Virus record (IMG/VR): IMGVR_UViG_3300047472_000309
Location: 62,001-126,000 of that record
Direction: 5' to 3' (one strand)
Length of the DNA stretch: 64,000 nt
Shown: in pieces, positions 28,150 through 38,373 of the stretch
Layout of the letters: each line of letters opens with the position of its first letter
Numbering within the stretch: the first letter of the stretch is position 1
Position numbers and translations under genes: made by a program
The notes under the pieces: generated by a model
Told to the model about the DNA's origin: nothing
What the model saw: only the letters and a program-made list of their open reading frames with translations
Database searches by the model: none

Positions 28150-30033
28150 TTACTGCGCTTGGGCTTCGAGCTTACGCTTGTCCTGATCGTTCTCCGGCGG
28201 AATCTCATCGGTCTCGGCCTTGGACGGCACGTTCGCTACCCCTGCTTGTTCACCATTGGCTTGGTCGATGTCTTCGCCCGAACCATTGTTGCCTTCAGCG
28301 GTCCCCGAGGTGGAAGTCGGTACGGTACCTTCTTCACTGGCCGGGTCAGTCGCATCCGCGCTGGTCAAATCCAGTGCGTCGTCGTCCGTGCCCGTGGTGC
28401 CTGCACCGTCTGCCAGTTCACCACCCAGTCCATCACCGGTGCCTGCACCGTTCTCGTCCGGGTTGGTGCCATCAGTCGCACCTGTGACGTTGCCGCCATT
28501 GGCGGTTTCTTCGCCTGCCCCTTCCGGATTGTCTTGGTCATCGGGCTTCATCATCGACGGGTCCCCAGCGGGGTTATCGATGAGGTCCACCGGCACCTTG
28601 CCATCTTCGGTCGGATCGAGCTTGCCTTGGGATTCGGCTTCGGCCTTCTTCTGTTGCTGAATGGCTTCGACTTTATCTTCGGTTTGCTCTTGGGTCTGTT
28701 CTTCCTGTTGTTCTTGTTGCTCTTCAGGCGTAGATGCCGTGGAGCTATTGTCCTCAACAGGCGCTTCGTTCCCGGCTTGCGGCTTGGTTGCCAACTCATC
28801 CGGCGTGTCGCTAGGCGCGCTCACATCCGGCTGCTCAGGTTGCTCCAGTGGCGTACCCTCGGCTTGAGCGGCTTCGGCTTCGGGCTGTTCAGCTTGCGCC
28901 GGAGCTTCGTTCGGCGCAGGCGTCTGCGCAACGGTGGAATCGACCTGGGCCGGTTCTTCAGCTTGAGCCTGTTGCGGCAGTTCAGCCGTTACGGGTTCTT
29001 GCACTTCCGGTTCCGGTTGCACCTGCAGGTTATCCGGAATACCTTGATTGAGCGCCTGATCCAGTTGCTGCTGGGGATTCTGCGCCGTCGACGCAGCGGG
29101 CCGGGGTGCGATGTCTTGCACTGCCGGGGCCGGTGCTTCATCGCTCGCACTGGTGTGGGTGTCGAGCTGTTGCGGTTCGGCCGTATCGTTGGGCAAAGCC
29201 GGAACCGCGGTCGCGAGACCCTGATCACCTGCGCTCGTCGAACCGACGGCTGGCGCTGCGTCCCCGCGCGGCAAGAACTGGTTCTTGAGCAGGAAGAACT
29301 GATCGTAGAGCTGGGTGATCTGGTTCTGTACTTCCCCGCCCCCAGTGCGACCGTAGCCTTCGGGCAGAATCACGTCTTCCAGTGGAATCGGAAACTCAGG
29401 AATCGGCTGTTCGCGGTTCTGCACTTCCAGATCGATCTTGCACCACTCGAAGAACCCGTCGCCATCGGGCTTGGGGAACATGTCGATTTCCCACTTCAGG
29501 TTCGTGCCGATGATCGGGAAGGTGTAGCGCACCTTGCGCATGCCTTGGGCGGCGAGGAACTTGAAGATGGTGAACTCGTCCTTATTGGACGGCATGGGCA
29601 ACTCAATCTTGTCGCCCTTTTCGTTCATCACGACTTTCGAGGTACGGACGAACGAGGCTTCTTCTTCCTTGCCATCGAGCCAGGTCTTGCGCACGCGCAT
29701 CGAGCCCTTCCCGGCGATCTTCTCGGTCTTCTCGATCCGGATTTCCCACTGTTCCTGGTTTTCCTTCGACGCAGCCTGCTCGAGGTCAGAGAAGTTCACC
29801 ACGCGCGCGTAGATCGTGTGCTCGATTTCGTTGACCGGCTGACCATTGGCGATTTCTTCCATGGCCAGATAGGGTCGACCAATCGGGTTGTGCTCGATCA
29901 CGACAGGCGGGCTCGGATACAGGTGACCGAACTCCTTGCGAAATGACATGATCAACGCGTCTTCATGCGAAGGCGGTTGGTTCACGTTGATAAACGCATT
30001 CTCGAGGGCCAGTCGCATCAGTTGACGGCGCAT
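28150..30033 (-). CDS. CYTH-like domain protein with long acidic disordered tail; probable head protein
   Basis: EIEH..., RVRK, RKVRY, WEIDMF, IDLEV resemble CYTH motifs; ALE/AME sites near the N-terminus; GGAG RBS before ATG 30033. Confidence 0.6.
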   Translation of the reverse strand: MRRQLMRLALENAFINVNQPPSHEDALIMSFRKEFGHLYPSPPVVIEHNPIGRPYLAMEEIANGQPVNEIEHTIYARVVNFSDLEQAASKENQEQWEIRIEKTEKIAGKGSMRVRKTWLDGKEEEASFVRTSKVVMNEKGDKIELPMPSNKDEFTIFKFLAAQGMRKVRYTFPIIGTNLKWEIDMFPKPDGDGFFEWCKIDLEVQNREQPIPEFPIPLEDVILPEGYGRTGGGEVQNQITQLYDQFFLLKNQFLPRGDAAPAVGSTSAGDQGLATAVPALPNDTAEPQQLDTHTSASDEAPAPAVQDIAPRPAASTAQNPQQQLDQALNQGIPDNLQVQPEPEVQEPVTAELPQQAQAEEPAQVDSTVAQTPAPNEAPAQAEQPEAEAAQAEGTPLEQPEQPDVSAPSDTPDELATKPQAGNEAPVEDNSSTASTPEEQQEQQEEQTQEQTEDKVEAIQQQKKAEAESQGKLDPTEDGKVPVDLIDNPAGDPSMMKPDDQDNPEGAGEETANGGNVTGATDGTNPDENGAGTGDGLGGELADGAGTTGTDDDALDLTSADATDPASEEGTVPTSTSGTAEGNNGSGEDIDQANGEQAGVANVPSKAETDEIPPENDQDKRKLEAQAQ

Positions 30034-30061
30034 TGTATTACTCCAATTGTTACACGCTGGT

Positions 30062-30553
30062 TTACTCTTCTCCGCCAGTGATGACGGTAAGCACTTCTTT
30101 GGCAGTGTGCCAGAGTGCGACCAGAGCGGGGTTGTTGGCAGCATGACCTTCACGGATGGCGACCATCGCCGTAGCCCCGGTCACGATCAGGATGACAGCC
30201 GCGGCGAGCAGAAAGGCTCCCTTCATGAAGAAGATCTTCAGCTTGTGCTCTTCCTGATCCTCCGTCTCGGCCTCCGGCTTCGGTACTGGGGCACCCGGCA
30301 GGGGACCAGGAAGCTCACCGCTTGCTTGCAGGTACACATACAGCAGTTCGACTTGGTCTTCGGAGTCCATCGCGAGAATGGCCTCCTTCAACTCTCGTCC
30401 GGTTGACAGAGGTGTCATGTTCGGTAGTTCATCGACATGCGCAACCTTCTTGTTGTAGGCTTCTACCAAGACATCCACCGGCAGACGTCCTGGCTTGTGA
30501 TCCGAAACCGCTCGCGTGTCGCTGATCCCCTTAAGGACGCGTTCCACTAACAT
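30062..30553 (-). CDS. Membrane protein adjacent to the spanin pair (possible lysis accessory/holin)
   Basis: C-terminal hydrophobic helix; AAGGGG RBS before ATG 30553. Confidence 0.5.
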   Translation of the reverse strand: MLVERVLKGISDTRAVSDHKPGRLPVDVLVEAYNKKVAHVDELPNMTPLSTGRELKEAILAMDSEDQVELLYVYLQASGELPGPLPGAPVPKPEAETEDQEEHKLKIFFMKGAFLLAAAVILIVTGATAMVAIREGHAANNPALVALWHTAKEVLTVITGGEE

Positions 30554-30863
30554 TGCTTGCCCCTTGCGGAGATGCCGCAAAGACGGCGTTGTTCTGTGTT
30601 TTCCAGTCCTGCAAGGAACTGATGTGACGATTGGCCGTGGCAACGTTTGCCGTTTGCGCATCGTACTTCGATTCCCACAGGTCGCTGCGCTGCTTCCAGG
30701 AGAGCGTGCCATAGCTCGTTTGATCAGGCGGGGCTTCCACCGTGGCCTTCACAAGCAGTGCGTCGGGTGGCGCGACGTACAGGTTCTTCAGTTCCGGTAC
30801 ACCGGTTTGTGCACACCCCGCCAGGCTTGCTGTCACCAGCACAGCCAGGATTGTCTTTTTCAT
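30531..30863 (-). CDS. o-spanin (Rz1-like) lipoprotein
   Basis: MKKTILAVLVTASLAG-C lipobox; PP..LL..PP segment, then a helix. Confidence 0.75.
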   Translation of the reverse strand: MKKTILAVLVTASLAGCAQTGVPELKNLYVAPPDALLVKATVEAPPDQTSYGTLSWKQRSDLWESKYDAQTANVATANRHISSLQDWKTQNNAVFAASPQGASNVSGTRP

Positions 30864-30879
30864 GATGGTCTCTCGCTTC

Positions 30880-31425
30880 TTACTGAGCTTGCGGCAGTGC
30901 TGTGCACTTGGCATCAGCGTTGTCAATGGCCGCACAATACTTCATCCAACTCCCCGTGAGCTGAACGGCACTTACTTCGGCGTCACGCCCCACGGGCACA
31001 ACGTCACCGGCTTGATCACTGGTAATGGTCTTGACCGGCACAACTGGTTTAGGCTTAACTGTGTTCGAGGGCGTGCTTGTCGCCGACGTCGCCGGAGCGA
31101 CAACACTTGTCGTCGGATTGGCGTACTTCGAATCGATCTGCTTGGTCTGGTCTGCGACCCAGGCGTCGATCTTGCTACCCGTGGCAGCCGCTGCTTGATC
31201 GGCCTTCACCGACGAAGCCACCACCGCATCGGTCACTGCAGCGGTACTCGCCTGCTGAACGATCGTGGTTGCCTGGCCTTTGATGACCACAGCGTCTGAA
31301 CCGATCTTCTGGTTATCACTGAGCACGGTGTGATACTCGTGCACCGCGAACCAGCCGAGCAGTCCGATAACCGCGATAATTGCTGCCCCGATCGCGAGTT
31401 TGATTTGCCATGTGAGGGTGCTCAT
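30880..31425 (-). CDS. i-spanin (Rz-like)
   Basis: Single N-terminal TM helix; Ala-rich helical periplasmic part; C-terminal Cys pair; directly upstream of the lipoprotein. Confidence 0.7.
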   Translation of the reverse strand: MSTLTWQIKLAIGAAIIAVIGLLGWFAVHEYHTVLSDNQKIGSDAVVIKGQATTIVQQASTAAVTDAVVASSVKADQAAAATGSKIDAWVADQTKQIDSKYANPTTSVVAPATSATSTPSNTVKPKPVVPVKTITSDQAGDVVPVGRDAEVSAVQLTGSWMKYCAAIDNADAKCTALPQAQ

Positions 31426-32000
31426 CTGTGTTGCTCCCGTAGGATTTTAAGTCGACAGTACGCCACGGCGAGCGCGTCGATCGAGTGCTCATCCAGCATC
31501 TCAAGCGCAACCGGTCCGTTATAGTTTAAATCCGGTAGACGCATCAGTGCTGCCTTGACTTCATCCTTCTTGGCGTGTGAGGTTGCCCCCACGGCCTTCT
31601 TGACGCTGGGCGGGTCGATCATAAAGAGCGACAGCCAGCAGTCGTATCGCCATAAGGCACTCCGGATCGCATCGACAGTCTCTGTCAATGCGCCGTATGC
31701 CTGAGGTCGAAATTGACTGTAAAACGGAGACTCTGATGCAACCAGGTTAGGACGGTAATACTCGAAGATTTCCACCAGGTTATCTTCGTGGGCTGCAATA
31801 CGCTCAGCCCGTGCACCATGGGTGTCGCCAAACCAGGTGTCTTTCGCCAGTTTCGACCCGACGAAAGTAAACGCAGTGCTCTCGATGATTTCGAGCTTCA
31901 CTACGTCTACTCTCAAGGCACCCATTCCAAGTGTCTCGCTCCCAGGGTCGATACCGACGATGCATCCGATGGGGGATGCACCTTCCGGTATTACTAACAT
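31422..32000 (-). CDS. ruvC: RuvC-like Holliday junction resolvase
   Basis: IVGIDPG, ASESPF, P.SVKKAVG..AKKDEV, HSIDALAVA. Confidence 0.85.
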   Translation of the reverse strand: MLVIPEGASPIGCIVGIDPGSETLGMGALRVDVVKLEIIESTAFTFVGSKLAKDTWFGDTHGARAERIAAHEDNLVEIFEYYRPNLVASESPFYSQFRPQAYGALTETVDAIRSALWRYDCWLSLFMIDPPSVKKAVGATSHAKKDEVKAALMRLPDLNYNGPVALEMLDEHSIDALAVAYCRLKILREQHR

Positions 32001-32009
32001 GCCTTAGCC

Positions 32010-32894
32010 TCAGCTGGTGGTAGTCTGCGAACCCGATGTCGTGCCCGTCCCGGAGGTGAGCTTGTACAGGGGTTCCACCGCGCCACAGTCGACCACGTTC
32101 TCGACGCCGTCCTGGCTAAAGTTCAGCGCATAGAAGGTGTTGATAAACGTGTCCACTTGCGCGGCGATGACTTCCTTGAAGTTGAACGTGGGTTGCCCCG
32201 ACCCACCCACTGCAATGACCTTGTCCACGCCGGAGACCAGCGCAATTTCGGAAACGATCGCAGCGTTCGGATCACCATAAATGATGTTAGCGACGTTCAA
32301 AATTTCCGTGACGTCATCGGCGGTGAGCGTAATCGGTACCGGCGCCGAGGCCATTACGTAGTCGCCAGTGGCCACATTCACGCCGGTGGGCGAGAGGGCT
32401 TGCGGGTTCGGATTCAGATTCGACGTATCGGGCTGGAACGGCGTGGTGGTGACCGAGCCATCCGCATTAACCGTCTTGTACTGCATCGAAACCGCTACAC
32501 CCGTAAAGTCGATGCGCTTCAGGTAGTAGGCGATGTAGTTGACGCCGTTGTGCGTTTCCGCCACGCGCAGACCGTACGCGGCTTGTTGGGCCGACGTCAA
32601 ATCGTTGGTGGGTTCACGCAGCACGAACGGCAGGTGGTTGTAGAGCGCTGCGTCGGTCGTCAAGTGCTGGATCGGCTCAGGGATGTACAACCCATTGGTG
32701 ATGTTCAGCTTGTGACCACCATTACCGATCGCAAAGTAACGGCAGGTCGGCAGCACCCCGGAGTTGGGCAGAACGCCCGGCTGCACTTGAAACTTTTCAT
32801 TCAGCGTGCTGTTGGTAGCCAGTGCAAACGGCAGCCCCAAGAGCTGGCACGACTGCAGATAGCTGCCGTACACGGTGCGTACGATATTGTCCAT
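32010..32894 (-). CDS. Virion structural (baseplate-region) protein, 294 aa
   Basis: YFAIGNGGH...LY.HLPFVLR...YYLK pattern of phiKZ-like structural proteins. Confidence 0.65.
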   Translation of the reverse strand: MDNIVRTVYGSYLQSCQLLGLPFALATNSTLNEKFQVQPGVLPNSGVLPTCRYFAIGNGGHKLNITNGLYIPEPIQHLTTDAALYNHLPFVLREPTNDLTSAQQAAYGLRVAETHNGVNYIAYYLKRIDFTGVAVSMQYKTVNADGSVTTTPFQPDTSNLNPNPQALSPTGVNVATGDYVMASAPVPITLTADDVTEILNVANIIYGDPNAAIVSEIALVSGVDKVIAVGGSGQPTFNFKEVIAAQVDTFINTFYALNFSQDGVENVVDCGAVEPLYKLTSGTGTTSGSQTTTS

Positions 32895-32960
32895 TCTCTT
32901 ACCTGAAAAAGGGTGTCACAGATTACTTAATCACACTATTTGCGATCAATTGGCCCGTGC

Positions 32961-35321
32961 TTAAAAGCCATCGAGGTCGAGCTGTGGAATGACGTTAATC
33001 GTTCCATCGGGCTGGTGGTAAATCAGACCGGTGAGATAGCCGGTACGAATTACGCTCGACAGCATCGTCGTTTGGTTATCCGGCACCGTGGGTTGGAAGT
33101 CATTGCCCCAGATGTCCGTGATCTTTTGCTGCTCGCCTGCAGGCAGATTCAGCCAGTTACACAAGCCCGGTACCACAATCGCCTGGCTGGGGTTAGGCGC
33201 CGCGCACTCGCAGTCGTGCATCCTAAAGCGCACCTTACCTGCATTGAGGAAGGTGTGCTGCACGTTGCTGCTGACTTCGTGCCACGGATTCTTGATCGCC
33301 AGTTTCACGTGGTTGGCCATGGACACATGTCGATCATGGATCGGCGTGTACTTGGTCACCTGGTTCTCCAGCGAATTCTTGAAGTGCGGGTGTTGATCGA
33401 GCGCCCGCACACCAAGATCCGTTGCATCCATCTCATTGGCCTGATGACCGCGCGCATCCCCGACCCGAATCGCGGCCCACTCACCCGGCACGATGGTCGA
33501 ATCGTTAATGGTCGACATGAATTGAATCGAGTAGCTCGAGAGCTGCTCCATCATGCCAATCATCGCCTTCTGGATGTTCGCTACGCTCGGCGTCGTGATG
33601 AGATCCTGACCCGTGGCGTGAGCGACGATCTCCGCGTAGAGTGAACCCCACTCGGTTTGCGTGAATGCCGCCACGTCCAGGTTGCGCGCTGCAAACCAAG
33701 CCGAGTAGTTATCCCCCGGATCAGCGACGTAGCACAAATTGTCGCTCCACAAGAGTGAGGTGGCGTTCTTCACATAGCCACGCACTTCCATGTGTTCCTG
33801 GTACGACACCAGGCCGTCTTGCTGATTGGCTGCGGTATAGATCTGCTGACACAGGCTATAGAACGCTTCGGTCGAGAGGAAGGTCGATGACGGCTTGATC
33901 AACGGCATCAAGTCATGGATCTCCTGCAACGTCGCTCGATCCACCTTGCTCATGTCACACACTGCTGCCATCGCGTCGACACTGGGCGTCGGCAAGCGTG
34001 GCACGCGCTGCGCGAACATCGGTGGGATCACATCCAGCGTAATCCCAATCGAAGCGTTAAGCGCATACCAGGCCAGACAGAACGCATCCTTCGCAAACAA
34101 GGGTACCGTTTCACCGGTGGCTGGATTGGTGAACTGCACGGCCGAGTTGTAATACCCGAGACTTGAGAGCCACAACCAGTTATTGACCAGGATCTCAGAG
34201 AGCGGATACTTGACGCTACCCGTGTAGTCGATCATCGACGACTCAAGCGCCTTGGTCGGCAACTCATTGGAGAGCGAATTTTGCATCGCCTCCAGAATCT
34301 TCGGCTCGTAGTCGCCCTCGTACTTCTCATTGTCGCGCGCAACGGGCCGTTCCTTGATCAGCATCTCGTCCAAGGTGATCTCGTTGATGCTATCCAGGTT
34401 GTAGCCCAGATTGACCGGATCGCGCGTAAACGTAATGGTCGGATAGAGATCCGTGGGCATCTGAGACACGTCATGGCGCATGGTGTACTTTGCCAGGGGC
34501 AAATTACGCTCGGTCATGATATGGTCCACGAGCCACTCGAAGATCTCCGACTGCCCGGCGTTACGCTCCAGGTAGTTGATGTTCCGATATAGCTCGAGCG
34601 ACTGCTTGGTCGTCAGCTGATCGAGGTACAGATCCAGCAGGCCATGACTCAGGAGGTACTGACGCACGTGAAAGCTATGCGCCTCATTAGTCTTGCAAGC
34701 TTCCAGGCGCAGCGACAAAATCACCTGCGGCAGCAACGCGTACATGATCCCCAGGGTGAAGGGGGTATACATGTCGTCTGAGACCGTGTAGGCGAGATTC
34801 ACCCAGCGCGTTTTGAATCCATCGATCCAGCGCTGCAGCTTGTCGATGAGGCTGTACTCATTGAATTCGACCAGGCTGCTCGGGTAGGCCAAGATCTTCC
34901 CATCGGCGGCGCTGATGGCATCGTCGATGTCAACCGGATTCAAGATCCCGTTGATGAGAGTGACCTGGGTCGGATACTGGGCCACCAGCGCCAGATAGTC
35001 ACGTTGGCCAAACTGGTAGGCCTTGGCAGTGGCGCGGTGTAGCGCCAGATTCTCGACCGTGAATTCGATCGTTTCTAGCGTATCCATCGAGACGACATAC
35101 ATCATCGTGTCGGCGAAGTGATACTGGCCAGACAAATTCATATAGTAGCGCCACGTCGTGGGGTCCAGGTCATTGACCTGATCTGCCCCATACACGCCGC
35201 TGATATACGTGTTGATTGCATCAGCCGTGGCTGACGACTTGACGACAATGTATCGGGCCAACGCGAGTACACTGTCGAGATAGACCTGATACTGATTCGA
35301 GGTACTAGTTGTCGCGGCCAT
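32961..35321 (-). CDS. Large virion structural protein (phiKZ gp128-like position)
   Basis: 786-aa ORF divergent from the portal gene; WRYYMNLSGQYH motif. Confidence 0.65.
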   Translation of the reverse strand: MAATTSTSNQYQVYLDSVLALARYIVVKSSATADAINTYISGVYGADQVNDLDPTTWRYYMNLSGQYHFADTMMYVVSMDTLETIEFTVENLALHRATAKAYQFGQRDYLALVAQYPTQVTLINGILNPVDIDDAISAADGKILAYPSSLVEFNEYSLIDKLQRWIDGFKTRWVNLAYTVSDDMYTPFTLGIMYALLPQVILSLRLEACKTNEAHSFHVRQYLLSHGLLDLYLDQLTTKQSLELYRNINYLERNAGQSEIFEWLVDHIMTERNLPLAKYTMRHDVSQMPTDLYPTITFTRDPVNLGYNLDSINEITLDEMLIKERPVARDNEKYEGDYEPKILEAMQNSLSNELPTKALESSMIDYTGSVKYPLSEILVNNWLWLSSLGYYNSAVQFTNPATGETVPLFAKDAFCLAWYALNASIGITLDVIPPMFAQRVPRLPTPSVDAMAAVCDMSKVDRATLQEIHDLMPLIKPSSTFLSTEAFYSLCQQIYTAANQQDGLVSYQEHMEVRGYVKNATSLLWSDNLCYVADPGDNYSAWFAARNLDVAAFTQTEWGSLYAEIVAHATGQDLITTPSVANIQKAMIGMMEQLSSYSIQFMSTINDSTIVPGEWAAIRVGDARGHQANEMDATDLGVRALDQHPHFKNSLENQVTKYTPIHDRHVSMANHVKLAIKNPWHEVSSNVQHTFLNAGKVRFRMHDCECAAPNPSQAIVVPGLCNWLNLPAGEQQKITDIWGNDFQPTVPDNQTTMLSSVIRTGYLTGLIYHQPDGTINVIPQLDLDGF

Positions 35322-35389
35322 AACGGCGCCCCTTATTTCAATAACATGCAGTCCTTGTTTTTCAAGGGCTATCTTTCGTTGAGGTTCAA

Positions 35390-38254
35390 ATGTCCAAAGC
35401 GTTGAAGGAAGCCATTGCGCTTGCTGGCAGTGGCAAACGCTACTCGGCGATGTCCCTGGTTCGTCAAGACCCAGGCATGGCCGCCACCATCAGCAAGATG
35501 GTCCATGGCAAAACGCCTCCCCGGTACGACAGCTCTGGAAACATGACGACGGACAATCCGTCGATCCAGGCATTGAAGAACGTCTCGGATAATACGGTTC
35601 AAAACATCTCGGACGCACAGACTGTGCTCCAGACGTTGCCTGAACTCGAACTGGCGATCCAGATCCTCGTGTCCTCGGTACTTTCACCGAAAGACATGAT
35701 GACCGTGGAGCTGACATATAAAGCTCCGGAGAACCTGGTCCCGCCGGAAGTGAACACGGCAATGACCAATCGTGTTCGCGTCCATTTTGAACAGAACTAT
35801 AAAATAAAGCAGGTCCTTCCTCGGATGCTGCGTGACGTTCTGGCTGAGACGGGCTCGTATCCGGTCGCGGTGATTCCCGAGAACTCGATTGACGATGTGA
35901 TCAACTCCAATCGTAAAGTGTCGATGGAGTCGCTCGTCGAGCACTTTCACAACGATGGTCGGATTAAGCCGCTGGGTCTGCTCGGTCCGGTCACCAAGAC
36001 CAAGCCCACGCAAGTGCGTCAGGGTGCCGCACTCTCGATGGAGTCGCTCGAGACGTTCAAGTTCGACACGACCTATCGCACCGATGTGACGCTTGAGAAA
36101 GCGTTCGATAACGTCGCGCAGGAAACCTATACGACGGTGACCGATAACCCGTCGTTGCTCAAGGTGCCAATGCTGCACCAGAAGATCCGCGAAAGCCGGG
36201 TGATGGATCTGTTGGGTGCCCGTAACGGTCTGTCGCGCGGGATGAAGCTGGCGAGCGAAGCGTACGGCGCGCAGAACCCGACGCATCAGGTGCAACAGCA
36301 TAAGCCCAATGACCGGGAACTGGCGGGGATGATCTATCGGGATCGCAACTACCAGTACAAACCGATCACTACGCTGAAAACCCAAGAGCAGCTTAATCGC
36401 CGCACGGTGGGTGCGCCGCTCATCATGCACTTGCCCTCGGAAGCGGTGATTCCGGTGTTTGTGCCGGGTAACGTTGAGCAGCACGTGGGCTTCTTCATTC
36501 TGATCGATGAAGACGGTCACCCGATCCAGCGTATTGCCGACATCGATTACTACCAGCAACTGAACGCGCGGATGAATTCCGGTGGTTCGTTCCCTTCGGC
36601 CATGCTGCAAAAGGTCAAGGCGAACATGCAGGGGTTCGATAACACCAATAACGCCCACCTCGATTACTCGGCACGCGTGTACGGTGAAATGATCGAGCAG
36701 GATCTGCTCGCTCGCCTGCGTAATGGCGTGTACGGCAACGGCGTGGCACTGGCTAAGCGCGAAGAAGTGTACCGCATCATGTTTGCACGAGCGCTCGCTA
36801 AGCAACACACGCAGCTGCTCTTCATGCCGATCGAGTTCATGACGTACTTCGCGCTGCGCTATAACGGCGACGGCATGGGTAAGTCGATGCTCGATGACTT
36901 GAAGATCATCAATTCGCTGCGCTCGATGCTCTTGTTTGCCAACGTGATGGCGGCCGTCAAGAACTCGATGGGTCGCACCGAGGTCAAGATCAAGATGGAT
37001 GAGCACGATCCTGATCCGCAGAAGACCTTTGAGCGCGTGGTGCATGAAATCTTGCGCAGCCGTCAGCAAGCATTCCCGGTGGGCACCAACTCGCCGATGG
37101 ACATCGTTGACTGGGTGCAGCGTGCGGGCTTTGAGTTTGTACCGGAAGGTCATCCTGGACTCCCGGACATGACGGTGGAGTTTGGGGAAAAGAACACCAG
37201 CTACGTGAAGCCTGATACGGAGCTCGATGATGATCTGCGTAAGCGCTCGATCATGGGCCTGGGTCTTACGCCGCAGTCCGTTGATGCGGCCTTCGAAGCG
37301 GAGTTCGCCACCTCGGTCCTGACTAACAACATCCTCTTGTCCAAGCGGGTGATGAACATTCAAGAAGTGATTGAGCCGCAACTGGCCGATCACGTGCGTA
37401 AGGTCATGATGAACGATGAAGAGCTCGTTCGTGATCTGCGGGCGATTCTGGAGGCGAGCGCCGATAAGCTGCTTGAGCGCTTGAAGAAGCAAGACGAGGC
37501 CCATAAGGACGATCCGACGTACCGCTCGCATCTGGGCGGTCAGCCGAAGGAATTGGTGATTCAGCAGCTCCTGTACGACTTTGTGATGGGCCTGGAAGTC
37601 AGCCTGCCGAAGCCGAACAGCGTGACGCTGGAGAACCAGCTGGCGGCAATGGATACGTACTCGAAGTCGCTCGATCAGGGGCTCGACTACTACATCTCGA
37701 CGAACTTCCTCACGTCCGACACCGCGGGCGATCTCGGTAACTACGCGGGTTCGCTCAAGGAGATGGCCAAGGCCTACTTCATGCGTAAGTGGATGGGTGA
37801 GAATGGCGTGCTGCCGGAGCTCTCCGATCTGAACACGCTCGACGATGACGGCAAGCCGAAGCTCAACCTGTGGGACGCGTTCCAGGATCACACCAGCAAC
37901 ATGATCCTGAGCATGGACCACTTCATGAACGGCATGAAGCCGATCAAGGATGCAGCGGGGCTAAACAACGCCAAGCGTCAAGCAACCGACCAGAACAGCG
38001 GTGGGATGGGAGGCGGGATGGGTGACATGGGTGGCGGCAGCATGGGTGGCGGCATGTCCATGGGTGGTGACACCGGTTTGGGTGGGTTGGGTGGCGGTGA
38101 TGACTTTGGGGGCGGTGGTTTCAACATGGGTGGTGCAGGGGGCGGTGACGATCCCTTTAACCTCGGTGGCGGAGCCAGCACGACCGATGAGTCGCCTTTG
38201 AATCCGGAAGATGACAAGCCGGAAGATCAGGGTGCTGCAGAACCGCAAGTCTAA
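35390..38254 (+). CDS. Portal protein (phiKZ gp129-like)
   Basis: 954 aa; LPELELAIQILVSSVLSP..., LPSEAVIPV, SMES processing sites; synteny with phiKZ-like genomes. Confidence 0.75.
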   Translation: MSKALKEAIALAGSGKRYSAMSLVRQDPGMAATISKMVHGKTPPRYDSSGNMTTDNPSIQALKNVSDNTVQNISDAQTVLQTLPELELAIQILVSSVLSPKDMMTVELTYKAPENLVPPEVNTAMTNRVRVHFEQNYKIKQVLPRMLRDVLAETGSYPVAVIPENSIDDVINSNRKVSMESLVEHFHNDGRIKPLGLLGPVTKTKPTQVRQGAALSMESLETFKFDTTYRTDVTLEKAFDNVAQETYTTVTDNPSLLKVPMLHQKIRESRVMDLLGARNGLSRGMKLASEAYGAQNPTHQVQQHKPNDRELAGMIYRDRNYQYKPITTLKTQEQLNRRTVGAPLIMHLPSEAVIPVFVPGNVEQHVGFFILIDEDGHPIQRIADIDYYQQLNARMNSGGSFPSAMLQKVKANMQGFDNTNNAHLDYSARVYGEMIEQDLLARLRNGVYGNGVALAKREEVYRIMFARALAKQHTQLLFMPIEFMTYFALRYNGDGMGKSMLDDLKIINSLRSMLLFANVMAAVKNSMGRTEVKIKMDEHDPDPQKTFERVVHEILRSRQQAFPVGTNSPMDIVDWVQRAGFEFVPEGHPGLPDMTVEFGEKNTSYVKPDTELDDDLRKRSIMGLGLTPQSVDAAFEAEFATSVLTNNILLSKRVMNIQEVIEPQLADHVRKVMMNDEELVRDLRAILEASADKLLERLKKQDEAHKDDPTYRSHLGGQPKELVIQQLLYDFVMGLEVSLPKPNSVTLENQLAAMDTYSKSLDQGLDYYISTNFLTSDTAGDLGNYAGSLKEMAKAYFMRKWMGENGVLPELSDLNTLDDDGKPKLNLWDAFQDHTSNMILSMDHFMNGMKPIKDAAGLNNAKRQATDQNSGGMGGGMGDMGGGSMGGGMSMGGDTGLGGLGGGDDFGGGGFNMGGAGGGDDPFNLGGGASTTDESPLNPEDDKPEDQGAAEPQV

Positions 38255-38270
38255 GACCAAAAAAAAAGAG

Positions 38271-38310
38271 CGTCATAAGCCCCCAGGCTTTCGCCTGGGG
38301 GTCTATGCCG
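38271..38310. terminator. Bidirectional CGTCATA-hairpin-TATGCCG element
   Basis: cgtcataag cccccaggc tttc gcctggggg tc tatgccg. Confidence 0.8.
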
Positions 38311-38373
38311 TCTTTAAGACGTGTCGAGCACGCCGTTTGGATTTGTTATTATTGGCCCCATCGCACGGCCCCG

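Noticed and set aside
30034-30153. Upstream extension of the CYTH-like ORF (similarly 30554-30712, 30864-30935, 53250-53429)
   Set aside because: The extensions overlap neighbouring genes or intergenic DNA; downstream starts have better RBSs or signal peptides
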